64,000 bases of DNA. It comes from Promethearchaeota archaeon (lineage in GTDB: Archaea; Asgardarchaeota; Lokiarchaeia; Sigyniarchaeales; SOKP01). The stretch spans positions 448,001 through 512,000 of the forward strand of contig JBHLNF010000001.1 in NCBI GenBank assembly GCA_048937405.1, written 5' to 3'. Below, in pieces: positions 1-9,651 of the stretch. Position 1 is the stretch's first letter. Each line of letters begins with the position of its first letter. Made by a program: the position numbers and the translations under genes. The notes under the pieces were generated by a model. The model saw nothing but the letters and a program-made list of their open reading frames with translations. It had not been told where the DNA came from and did no database searches.

Positions 1-536
1 TTATTTAATTCGATTTTTTGATGAATTATGTGTATTTTTGATATAGTTCCTTTTACGGGACATACTTCTTCTACTTTATTTAGAATTCGCTCAATTTTTT
101 TAAAATTCTCTTCAGTTTTAAGATTCCAAGTAATAGTTAAATTAAAAAATCCTGGAAAAGGTTCTTTCTTAGGCTTTAATGCACTTCTTTGATCATATTC
201 TGCTTCTACTTTAACTTTAATAGAATCTACCTTTATATTCATATAAGATAAATATAGAAGTGCTGTAATTTCTAAGCAATTAGCAAAAGAAGCTAATAAC
301 ATTGGCATCGGACCGGGAATTTTACCTGAACCACCTAAATCTTTTGGACCATCACACTCTATTTCATAATCATTTACTTTTGCTTTAACGTGCAAATTAT
401 TAATCTGCTCTGATATTGCAGCCATTTTTACAATAAATAATTCATCGCCTTTAGCGGTGTCTTTTTCTTTATTCATTTTTTTAGAGCGGATTTCATATGC
501 TTTTAGAGAGTCATCTGAGACTAACTTTTTATTCAT
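1..536 (-). CDS. OsmC/Ohr-family protein (3' end runs off window)
   Basis: Hand-translated; absent from the ORF track. ATG at 536, GPMPMLLASFANCLEIT...EEVCPVKGTI gives the two-Cys OsmC pattern. No stop before base 1. Confidence 0.8.
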   Translation of the reverse strand, partial: MNKKLVSDDSLKAYEIRSKKMNKEKDTAKGDELFIVKMAAISEQINNLHVKAKVNDYEIECDGPKDLGGSGKIPGPMPMLLASFANCLEITALLYLSYMNIKVDSIKVKVEAEYDQRSALKPKKEPFPGFFNLTITWNLKTEENFKKIERILNKVEEVCPVKGTISKIHIIHQKIELN

Positions 537-651
537 AGTCATATAAAATTTTTTATTTGCTATATTAATTTCGATGAACTTAAACAGTAATGAATAATTA
601 TAAAGAAATACAACATTAAAAATTTCTAAATCCTTATTAAGGAGTTTAAGA

Positions 652-1785
652 ATGAATGAAGAGGAATTAATCAGGGAAATTCAGTCATGTATAGATTGTA
701 AAATTTGTTTGGATCTTTGTGATACATATAAGGTTACTGGAGATGAATTAAAATCTCCCAATGGAAGATTAAAAATCGTAGATAAAGTCTTTTCTAATAT
801 AGAAATTTCTAATGAAGAATTAATCGGACTTTATACTTGTACTTTATGTGCAATGTGTGATTTAGGCTGCCAACAAGAAATAAAAATATCAGAAATTGTT
901 CATTCATCAAAAGTAAAATTAGTAGAAATGAATAAAGCACCATTAGATATACATAATAAAATTATTAAAGGAATTATTGAAAAAGATAATTCTGTGGGTG
1001 GAGAACCAGATGATAGATTAAATTGGTTACCTGAAAGACATAGGAAGGAAGAAGTGTTTGAGAATAAAAATTCAGATACTCTTTTATATTTTGGCTGTAT
1101 GTCTTCTTTTCGAGTTAAAGAGAGTGCTACATATCCTTATGGAATCTTAAAAAATGCTGGTTATGATTTCAAAATTTTAAAAAATGAACCATGTTGTGGG
1201 GAATATGTATATTCTGCGGGAAATCTTGAACTCGCAAAAAATATTTTTGAAGAAAATATTAAACTCTTTAGAAGAATAGGAATAAAAAACTTAATTGTTA
1301 CATGCGGTGGATGTTTATATGCTTTTGATAAAGTTTACAGAAAATATTTTGAAGATTTTGATTTAAATGTAAGACATATAGTTGATGTAATATACGAGTT
1401 GGAAAAAGAAGGAAGAGTAATTTTAAAACCTTTAGATAAGGTGATTACATACCATGATCCATGTCGATTAGGGAGAAAATACAAAAATGGATCTCTATAT
1501 ACTGAGCCACGAGAACTTTTAAAGAAATGTGGTTTAACTATAAAAGAATTGACTCCTGATCCAGAAGCAACACCTTGCTGTGGTGCAGGATCAGGAATCA
1601 GAGGGGTTGATAGTAGTATTTGTATTAAAATTGGCAAAGATTTATTTAATCATGTAGAAACAAAAGAGATTGCTACATCTTGTCCTTTATGTGTGTTTAA
1701 TTTTAGATATGTAAACTATAAAAATCAAGTGGAAAAAAAAAGTAAATATTTTACTGATTATATTTTAGATTCAATGAAAAAATAA
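652..1785 (+). CDS. Fe-S oxidoreductase, HdrD/GlpC-like (2x4Fe-4S plus CCG domains)
   Basis: CxxCxxCxxxC twice, YFGC, EPCCG, TYHDPCRLGR, CCGAG, TSCPLC. Confidence 0.85.
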   Translation: MNEEELIREIQSCIDCKICLDLCDTYKVTGDELKSPNGRLKIVDKVFSNIEISNEELIGLYTCTLCAMCDLGCQQEIKISEIVHSSKVKLVEMNKAPLDIHNKIIKGIIEKDNSVGGEPDDRLNWLPERHRKEEVFENKNSDTLLYFGCMSSFRVKESATYPYGILKNAGYDFKILKNEPCCGEYVYSAGNLELAKNIFEENIKLFRRIGIKNLIVTCGGCLYAFDKVYRKYFEDFDLNVRHIVDVIYELEKEGRVILKPLDKVITYHDPCRLGRKYKNGSLYTEPRELLKKCGLTIKELTPDPEATPCCGAGSGIRGVDSSICIKIGKDLFNHVETKEIATSCPLCVFNFRYVNYKNQVEKKSKYFTDYILDSMKK

Positions 1786-1790
1786 AAAAA

Positions 1791-2591
1791 TTAACTTCTA
1801 TTATCTAAAATGATTACAGCATCCACAAAAAGTTCATAATTCTCGTCCTCATCGAAGTCATGAATAACAACCTTATCAACTTCATCTAATTCTCCTTTAA
1901 TTTCATTGAGTTCTGATTGTTGCACAATTTTTACATCAGAATGTTTCAATCTTTTTGCAATTTCCACAGTACCTGGAATTTCTTTTGCAGAAGTTAACAC
2001 TATAACTCTCCCTGTATATTCAGTTAATTTGAGGGCTAGTTCTAAAGACTCATCGCCGGTGTCTACAATTAATATTCTCTTTTCCCTTAATTCTTCAAGA
2101 TCAGGAACTTCCGTATATACTCCTTTCCCTTTAAACTCATCAACCCCCAATATTACTCGTACATCTAGTTGACATGAAGTAACCACCTCTATATCTGGTT
2201 TTGTTCCCTCACGATAGTTATTTATCGCAGCTTTTAATGCATCTGCGGCTAAATTTGAACAGTGCATTTTGATTGGTGGTAAACCGTCCAGTTCTTCTGC
2301 TACATCACTTCGAGTAATTTTATATGCATCATCAAGTGTCATCCCTTTTGCCATCTCTGTAACCATCGATGAAGTTGATACTGCAGATCCACATCCAAAA
2401 GTCTTAAATTTAATATCCTCAATAATCTCTTCCCCTTTATCATTTTTCCCAATTTTAAGAAACATTTCCATTAAATCTCCGCAAACTGGGTTTCCCACTT
2501 TTCCATATCCATCAGGATTTTCAATTTCACCTACATTTCGTGGATTCCGAAAATGGTCCATTACTTTATCGGTATATTTATGTACACTCAT
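1791..2591 (-). CDS. iscU: Fe-S scaffold IscU/NifU-N fused to a degenerate TrxR-like Rossmann domain
   Basis: YTDKVMDHFRNPRNVG, GNPVCGD, FGCGSA, LPPIKMHCS; extra ~130 aa C-terminal domain. Confidence 0.9.
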   Translation of the reverse strand: MSVHKYTDKVMDHFRNPRNVGEIENPDGYGKVGNPVCGDLMEMFLKIGKNDKGEEIIEDIKFKTFGCGSAVSTSSMVTEMAKGMTLDDAYKITRSDVAEELDGLPPIKMHCSNLAADALKAAINNYREGTKPDIEVVTSCQLDVRVILGVDEFKGKGVYTEVPDLEELREKRILIVDTGDESLELALKLTEYTGRVIVLTSAKEIPGTVEIAKRLKHSDVKIVQQSELNEIKGELDEVDKVVIHDFDEDENYELFVDAVIILDNRS

Positions 2592-3782
2592 TTAATTTTC
2601 CTCCTCTTTTAATTTTTGTAATAAATCTGAAGGTGTTAGTGGTGATAAAATTCTTAATCTTCTTATTATTCCCGGCAAAACTTCTATAATTTTATCAATA
2701 TCTTTCTCTTCAGAAAATCTCCCTAAGGATATTAGTAAACTCCCATGCGCTTCCTCATGTAATAGACCACATGAGATAAGTGTATGAGATGGTTCTAGGG
2801 TTTTTGAAGAGCAAGCAGAACCTGTTGCCACCTCCACTTTCTCATCCTTTAAGGAAAGAAGTAACGATTCACCTTCAATATAATCAAACCGGAAATTGGC
2901 GTTATGAGGCGTTCTTTTCTCAGGATGTCCATTAAGATGTGATTTAGGTATCTTTAGAATTTCTCTAATTAATTTATCCCTAAGAATTTTTAACCTTGCA
3001 GCTTCTTCATTTATTTCTGCCTTCATTATCTCTGCTGCCTTTGCAAAACCAACAATTCCAGACATATTTTCAGAGCCAGATCTCATCCCTTTCTCCTGAC
3101 CACCTCCAATAATAATTGGATTTACTCTTACACCTTTTTTCATATAAAGTGCTCCTACACCTCTCGGTCCGTAAATATCATTCGAAGATAAGGTCAGTAA
3201 ATCAAATGGTACTTTTTGTACGTCAATAGGAACGGTACTTTCACTTGCTACTGCATCAGAATGAAACCAGATTTTTTTCTTATTAGCAATTTCTGCAATT
3301 TCTTCTACAGGTTGAAGCGACCCTATCTCATTACTCGCTGTTGATATTGAGATTAGGGTTGTTTCATCAGTTATTAATCGTTCTAATTTGCTCAGATTAA
3401 CAATACCAAATCTGTCTACAGGAACTCTACTTACTTTAAATCCTTGTTTCTCCAAGTATTTTCCTATATTTAAAATCGAAATATGTTCTATCTCTGAAAT
3501 GATAATGTGATTTCCTTTTCTCTTATTTCGAAGAACCGCTCCAATTATTCCTAGATTATTTGATTCTGTAGCTCCAGATGTAAATATTATGTTATCTGGA
3601 TCTGGAGCATTAATAAATTCGGCAATTTTCTTCCGAGATTCTTCTAATTTATTTGTAGCAACATAACCTAAATTATGTAATGAAGATGGATTACCAAATT
3701 CCTCGGTAAAATAGGATTTCATAACTTTAAATACTCTCGGATCAACAGGTTTAGCTGCTTGGTAATCTAAATATACACTCAA
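2592..3782 (-). CDS. iscS: Cysteine desulfurase IscS/NifS
   Basis: VYLDYQA, FGNPSS, FTSGATESNN, GGGQE, ATGSACSS; abuts iscU. The PLP-lysine motif reads SSNDIYGP rather than SxHKxxGP. Confidence 0.9.
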   Translation of the reverse strand: MSVYLDYQAAKPVDPRVFKVMKSYFTEEFGNPSSLHNLGYVATNKLEESRKKIAEFINAPDPDNIIFTSGATESNNLGIIGAVLRNKRKGNHIIISEIEHISILNIGKYLEKQGFKVSRVPVDRFGIVNLSKLERLITDETTLISISTASNEIGSLQPVEEIAEIANKKKIWFHSDAVASESTVPIDVQKVPFDLLTLSSNDIYGPRGVGALYMKKGVRVNPIIIGGGQEKGMRSGSENMSGIVGFAKAAEIMKAEINEEAARLKILRDKLIREILKIPKSHLNGHPEKRTPHNANFRFDYIEGESLLLSLKDEKVEVATGSACSSKTLEPSHTLISCGLLHEEAHGSLLISLGRFSEEKDIDKIIEVLPGIIRRLRILSPLTPSDLLQKLKEEEN

Positions 3783-3797
3783 TACTTTTACCTCTTC

Positions 3798-4079
3798 TTA
3801 TTTTGTTTTCTTAAATACAAATATTAAATCATCGCCATCTTTACTAAATTCTACTACCTTTGTATCTGTTCTTTTGGCCCATCTTTTAAGATCCTCTTCT
3901 GCAGCTGGATCATCGGCGATAACTTTAAAACACTGTCCTTCACTAAGAGTTTCACTTAAATTTCTTACTTCAAATAATGGTTCGGGACAATATAAACCAC
4001 GAGTATCCAATTCCTCGTCAATTTTCATACCTTTACTTTGCTTATTATTCAATTCAAAAACCTCCTTAAAGGGATTCAT
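3798..4079 (-). CDS. tusA: TusA/SirA-family sulfur carrier
   Basis: LDTRGLYCPEP and DDPAAEEDL motifs; true start may be the internal Met (MKIDEE). Confidence 0.85.
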   Translation of the reverse strand: MNPFKEVFELNNKQSKGMKIDEELDTRGLYCPEPLFEVRNLSETLSEGQCFKVIADDPAAEEDLKRWAKRTDTKVVEFSKDGDDLIFVFKKTK

Positions 4080-4272
4080 TTTTCATATTCCTTGAGATAT
4101 AAACGATTCAAAAAGAGTATAAATCTTCTTATTATAATTTAATGACAATAATAATATCTAAGAAAAATGCATAAAACATATCAAATAATACGTTTATAAA
4201 ATATAAATATAACCTAATAGGATGATCTATCGAGTAAAAATAAAAAACAAAATCTAGTACTATAAATATTTA

Positions 4273-4908
4273 TTATTCAATCCCAGAAAGTCTTTTTATA
4301 TGTCTCACTCCATCAACAGCATCATCAGCATAGTCATCCGCCCCTAGTCTTTTAGCAAGTTCCATATTTAAGGGAGCACCTCCAACAATTAATTTAACAT
4401 TGTTTCGAATTCCTGCTGCTTTCAAAGCTTCATGAACAACCTTTATTTGTTCTACTGTCATAGTTAATAAAGTACTTAAAGCTATAATCTTTGCTCCAGT
4501 TTCTTTTACCTTATCTACTATTATTTTTTCATCTACATCCATCCCTAAATCATAAAGTTCAAAACCAGAACTTAAAAGAAGAGAACCTAAAATATTCTTT
4601 CCAATATCGTGATTATCTCCTTTTACAGTACATATAATTACTTTTATTTTATCTTCTTTATTGTCCACAGTAGCTAAAACAGGTTTCAAAATATTAAAAG
4701 CTTCCTTCATCGTTTCTCCTGCTAAAACAAGTTCAGTTAAATAATACTCTTTTTCTTCATATAGATGTCCCACTTCGTCCATACCTTTTGTTAAAGCGTC
4801 TAATATTTCAAAAGCGTCTTTACCCTCATTTAATGCCTCTCTCACAGCATCTGCTATATCATCTACTTCTAATTCAATTACCAAATCCGTTAATTTTTCA
4901 AAATCCAT
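4273..4908 (-). CDS. Corrinoid (B12-binding) protein, MtbC/MtaC-like
   Basis: GDNHDIGKNI, DLG.DV and VGGAP B12-binding motifs plus N-terminal cap domain. Confidence 0.9.
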   Translation of the reverse strand: MDFEKLTDLVIELEVDDIADAVREALNEGKDAFEILDALTKGMDEVGHLYEEKEYYLTELVLAGETMKEAFNILKPVLATVDNKEDKIKVIICTVKGDNHDIGKNILGSLLLSSGFELYDLGMDVDEKIIVDKVKETGAKIIALSTLLTMTVEQIKVVHEALKAAGIRNNVKLIVGGAPLNMELAKRLGADDYADDAVDGVRHIKRLSGIE

Positions 4909-5037
4909 CCAAATCTACTTCTTCTTATGAATTTAATCCCAAAAGGTAATTAAATTAAATTAAATTTATCCTTTAAATATTATTTTAAAAAAATAAACCA
5001 TAAATGTAAAAAATTTAAAAAACAAAAAAAAGAGAGT

Positions 5038-5183
5038 GAGGGATGATGAGAAAAGTTCAAAATCTTAAATGTCCAAGATTTTGGAATAAAATTTAGTTAC
5101 CATTTTAATTAGGAAATTCCTCATTAAAGTTGATATGACTTCAATTTTAGGGGATATTATTTGTATTTTCTCAATCTTCCCTC
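5038..5183 (-). ncRNA. Candidate small structured RNA (long terminal stem)
   Basis: Imperfect inverted repeat 5038-5054/5166-5183 and inner hairpin caaaatctt/aagattttg. On the minus strand, TTTAAATA lies 24 nt upstream and a T-tract downstream. Confidence 0.35.
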
Positions 5184-5493
5184 TAGATTATTAATATGAT
5201 ACTTTCGTATTTAAATTTATTTTATTTTAAAACTATAAAATTTGGATAGATAAGATATAAATAAGAATTAGAACCGAATTCTTGGACTTTTTAATGGATT
5301 TGAGATAAAAAATGCTGAATTAGACTGATATAATCATTAAAATGATTCAGAAATCAAAATATTGATAACCCAATATTCAGTTTTCTTCATGATATTGATG
5401 TCTTTTGATAATTCATTTTATATATTTTACAATATTTTTGCACTTTAAGATATTTGACGCTAAAAATATAAATCACTAATAATTATAAACCTC

Positions 5494-6285
5494 GTGTCGG
5501 AAAAAGAAAATTCTTTTAACAAAATTCCTCAAAGAAGTTCATCAGATAGTTATAATGGTAAAAATGATTTATTAAGTGATATTTCCAAAAATTTCGCCAT
5601 TTTCTGTGAAGAAATAGTTAAAGAATATGAAATTGGAGATTTTATTGTCAGAGCAGTAGATCATGTGTCTTTTTCAATAGATGATGGAGAATTTCTGGTA
5701 ATTAAAGGACCAAGTGGTGCAGGTAAGACATCATTATTAAATCTAATAGGTGGTTTGGATTCTCCAAACAGTGGTGATATTTATAGTTTTGGGGTCAAAA
5801 TCTCAGATATGGAAGAGGAATCATTAGCAACTTGGAGATTGTTAAATTCTGGATTTGTATTTCAGAATTATAATCTTATTAGTACTCTTACTGCAGAGGA
5901 AAACGTAATGTTTCCTATGAATCTCTCTGGAATAGAATTTAAAGAGCAAAGAAAACGAGCAGTACAATTATTGACTCAAATGCATCTTGAGGATAGAAGA
6001 GAACATCTACCTTTCCAGTTGTCTGCTGGAGAACAGCAAAGAGTGGCTATAGCAAGAGCACTGGCAAATGATCCTCCAGTTATTATTGCTGATGAACCTA
6101 CAGCAAATTTAGATAAAAAAACTAGCAGATTTATCAGAGATCTTTTTAATGATTTAAAAAATAATATTAGAACTATTATAATTGCTACTCATGATGACTA
6201 TTTAATAAGTTTAGCTGATAGAATTATTTCATTTGATGATGGGCGAATTATCAAAGAAGAAAGAACTAATATTAATAAAAAATAA
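5494..6285 (+). CDS. ABC transporter ATP-binding protein (LolD/MacB-like)
   Basis: GPSGAGKT, LSAGEQQRVAIARAL, IIADEPT, ATHD. Confidence 0.93.
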   Translation: MSEKENSFNKIPQRSSSDSYNGKNDLLSDISKNFAIFCEEIVKEYEIGDFIVRAVDHVSFSIDDGEFLVIKGPSGAGKTSLLNLIGGLDSPNSGDIYSFGVKISDMEEESLATWRLLNSGFVFQNYNLISTLTAEENVMFPMNLSGIEFKEQRKRAVQLLTQMHLEDRREHLPFQLSAGEQQRVAIARALANDPPVIIADEPTANLDKKTSRFIRDLFNDLKNNIRTIIIATHDDYLISLADRIISFDDGRIIKEERTNINKK

Positions 6286-6300
6286 TAAAATCCTTAAAAA

Positions 6301-8211
6301 ATGTCATCATTTGATTTTGCATTAAAAGATTTGTACAGAAAAAGACATTCTAATTATCCATTTCTAATAATTATCGTAGTCATTGTAGCGTTCTCAGAGT
6401 TTTTAATTTATTTCACATCATCATTAGGTATAAATATTCTAACTCAAACTTCATATCCTAATGAATTTTATTTCTCTGGTGTAATTAATCAAACTTATAA
6501 AGAATTTAATAATTTAATTCAAATCTTGTTTATTTGTTTAGCTGCTGTTATAGTGGTTTCTGTTACAACTACATTAGTTATTTCTAAAAAAAGAGATATT
6601 GCAATTATGAAATCTTTGGGTACACTCCCCCGAAAATTATACAGTTTTTATTTATTAGAAGTATATATTCTTTTTTTTATAGGTTTTCTATTTGGGTTTG
6701 TTTTAGGTTTGATAATTTTTGGAATTTTTGCATTAATTATGATGATGCTAAATTTCCCTGTAATATTTATAATTGATTTTGTTTATACTCCTAGTTTGTT
6801 TTTTTTATGTGTAGTAGGAATTTTTCTTATTACTGGATATACTCTCAGAAAAATTGGTAGACAAAAAATAATCAGCACTTTTTCGAAAGATATACCTTAT
6901 GATTATAATGCTAGTAAACCGCTAATTTTCATACCAAAATGGTTAACCCTAATTGGATTTAATATTAAAATTGCTGTTGTTAATACGTTAAGAAAAAAAG
7001 GTGAATTTAAGAGATATTTAGTTATATTCTTAATAATTGGATTAATGATCTTTACACTAGGTTTGGGTACGTTAGTTCTAAGATTATCCTCCCAAGAATG
7101 GATAAAAAACTCACAAGGAGAAAACATTGTGATATTGGGACATAAAGACGTGATATATAATTATTCATTGATGTATGAAATGTTTTCTGATCCTACTCTG
7201 GTAGTAGATGAAAATTCAATTAATTTTATGGATTCCAAGTATCTTTTTAACTTAAGTGATCTAAATGAATTAAATAACTTAGAAGGAATCGAAATGATAG
7301 ATGAGAGATTAATAAATTTTTATAATGTAAGAGAAATGCAAGGATATTATATAAATGATAATGACATAACGGTAACTGTTGGGCAAAATCGAAATAATAC
7401 GATTCCTATTATAGGTATTAATCCTGAAAATATTATACAAAATTTTGAGATTGAAGGAAGATTCTTCACAGAAGAGGATGCTTATGATAATATAACTATT
7501 GGAGATGGTCTGGCTCATAACTTTTTTGAATACCCATTACAGCAAAGTATTGAAATAAATCCGTCTGGAAGAAAATTCCATATTTCTGGAGTATTAATTG
7601 ATAGCTTTTATTCTGGATGGGCCGCTTATGTCAGTATTGAAGAATCTAGAAAGATATTAAACCTAACTAATGAAGAAATCAATCTTGTTATATTAAAACT
7701 GAGTCGTAATTCTTACAATGAAATTAGAGGAGATCTTGAGTATATAACTGAAAATATTGGAGAAGAATTTACTTACCTATTATTAGATGATACATTTCAA
7801 CAAAATATTGATTTCCTAAGTTATTTATCATTTTATCCCCTGATATCTATTGTTATAATCTCTATAATTGCTATACTATCCTTATATAATTATCAAAAAG
7901 CAGGTTTGATGGAGAAAGCAAGGGATTTCTTAATTATGCGTGCTATTGGTTCAAAAACTAGATCTTTGAAAAAAATTCTATTTTTAGAATCCTTATTTGT
8001 TTTAATTCCCTCGTTAATCTTAAGTTTAGCATTTGGGATGATTTTTAATTCCCTATTTTTATTAAATCGTGTATATTTGCCACCTTTATATGTACCATTA
8101 ATAATTTTTTTTCTTTTATTCGGTTTATTTATTATTTTCAATTTTTTAAGCCTTTTCCCCTTAGTCAAAAAAATATATAATTTTTCTGTTAAGGATTTTA
8201 ATATATACTAA
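6301..8211 (+). CDS. ABC transporter permease (FtsX/MacB-like)
   Basis: Multiple TM helices, KRDIAIMKSLG and FLIMRAIG repeats; follows the ATPase. Confidence 0.85.
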   Translation: MSSFDFALKDLYRKRHSNYPFLIIIVVIVAFSEFLIYFTSSLGINILTQTSYPNEFYFSGVINQTYKEFNNLIQILFICLAAVIVVSVTTTLVISKKRDIAIMKSLGTLPRKLYSFYLLEVYILFFIGFLFGFVLGLIIFGIFALIMMMLNFPVIFIIDFVYTPSLFFLCVVGIFLITGYTLRKIGRQKIISTFSKDIPYDYNASKPLIFIPKWLTLIGFNIKIAVVNTLRKKGEFKRYLVIFLIIGLMIFTLGLGTLVLRLSSQEWIKNSQGENIVILGHKDVIYNYSLMYEMFSDPTLVVDENSINFMDSKYLFNLSDLNELNNLEGIEMIDERLINFYNVREMQGYYINDNDITVTVGQNRNNTIPIIGINPENIIQNFEIEGRFFTEEDAYDNITIGDGLAHNFFEYPLQQSIEINPSGRKFHISGVLIDSFYSGWAAYVSIEESRKILNLTNEEINLVILKLSRNSYNEIRGDLEYITENIGEEFTYLLLDDTFQQNIDFLSYLSFYPLISIVIISIIAILSLYNYQKAGLMEKARDFLIMRAIGSKTRSLKKILFLESLFVLIPSLILSLAFGMIFNSLFLLNRVYLPPLYVPLIIFFLLFGLFIIFNFLSLFPLVKKIYNFSVKDFNIY

Positions 8212-8315
8212 TCCTTTTAATTTAGAAAAGTGTTTAGAAAAATAATATGATAGATTTTCATAACATAAATTTTAATTTTTAAAATCTTATTATTCTAATA
8301 TAAAGGTGATTCTTC

Positions 8316-9641
8316 TTGATGTCTGAAAATACCTTAAAAGCTCGTATCGACACCTTAAAAGCAGATCTTGTCAAAAAAGATCATGAAATCCATCGTCTCC
8401 TCGATAGAATTGAAGAACTTGAAGATACAATTATGAGATTAGAAGCACTTATTCCAGATGAGGACGATACAAAGAAGAGCAAAAAAAAACAAGCTGTTGA
8501 TTCAAAATTGGTTATAGAACTCGATGAAAAAGATAGACAAATTCGAGAATTAAAAAACAAAATGGGATTCTTAAGAAAGGAAAAAGTACAACTTCAGCAA
8601 GAATTAGAAAGAATAAAATCCAGAAGCAATGAATCCTCTGTTATCAGAGTTGAGGAATTTAGGGATAAAACACCTCTTAATGCATTAGTAAAAGATCTAC
8701 AAGAAAAAATAAACAAACAAGAATCACTAATTCATAAATTAAGAAATGAAATAGCTAGCAACAAAGATTTTGATAAAAAATTAAACGAGAAAGATAAAGT
8801 AATTAGTATATTGAAATCAGAAATCACTGAATTAAATCGAAAAATTAAAGAATTTAGCACAATTGATAATGATAATGAAGGTGATACACTTTCTAAAAAA
8901 TTAATAGATGATCTTCAGCAACAGCTTAATAAATATAAAAGGAAAATTAGTGAATTAACCCTAAAACTTGAGGAATCAACTGAAAAACATAAAAGGGAAA
9001 ATAAAGGAAAAGGAAGTTTAAAAACTAAAGATTTGCAAAAAGAAATAAAAAATTTAAATGAATCTTTGAAAAATAAAGATAAAGAAATTGATGAATTGAA
9101 AAAAAAAAATATTTCCTTACAGAAAGCTGATATTGCTGCTAGTTTTGATAAAAATGATATCTCTTCTACTGAAATGATTGAACCTCTAAACGAAGACTTA
9201 AAGAAGAAATTAAATATAGCTAAATTGCAAATAAAAACACTTCAAGAACAGATTAAAACAAAAAATATAGACGAATCGTTAGAATCTAGCATGAATAAAG
9301 GTGAATTTAAAGGTAAATTAAAAATGCAAAGAGAAATGGCAATTTTTCTTCAAAAGCAACTTGACACAAAAGAAGGGGAAATTGAAATGATTAAAAATGA
9401 GGCTGTTCAGATAAAGGCAAAATATAGACAACTAGAAAATCAAATACAAATTAAGGATCAAAAAATTAGAGAATTACAGCGCCAATTGGATGAGTTGAAT
9501 ATTCAACCGCAAGTTATATCAAAGAAGGAAGATCCTAATCTAGCTTTGAGAGTTAGAGAGCTTAAGAATAAAATGGAATCTCTAGAAAAACTAAATAACG
9601 AACATAAATTAGAGATTTCTCAGTTACGAAAAAACATTTAA
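8316..9641 (+). CDS. Long coiled-coil protein, unknown function
   Basis: 441 aa, K/E/L/Q-rich heptad pattern throughout, no ATPase motifs. Confidence 0.75.
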   Translation: MMSENTLKARIDTLKADLVKKDHEIHRLLDRIEELEDTIMRLEALIPDEDDTKKSKKKQAVDSKLVIELDEKDRQIRELKNKMGFLRKEKVQLQQELERIKSRSNESSVIRVEEFRDKTPLNALVKDLQEKINKQESLIHKLRNEIASNKDFDKKLNEKDKVISILKSEITELNRKIKEFSTIDNDNEGDTLSKKLIDDLQQQLNKYKRKISELTLKLEESTEKHKRENKGKGSLKTKDLQKEIKNLNESLKNKDKEIDELKKKNISLQKADIAASFDKNDISSTEMIEPLNEDLKKKLNIAKLQIKTLQEQIKTKNIDESLESSMNKGEFKGKLKMQREMAIFLQKQLDTKEGEIEMIKNEAVQIKAKYRQLENQIQIKDQKIRELQRQLDELNIQPQVISKKEDPNLALRVRELKNKMESLEKLNNEHKLEISQLRKNI

Positions 9642-9651
9642 AACTGCAAAT

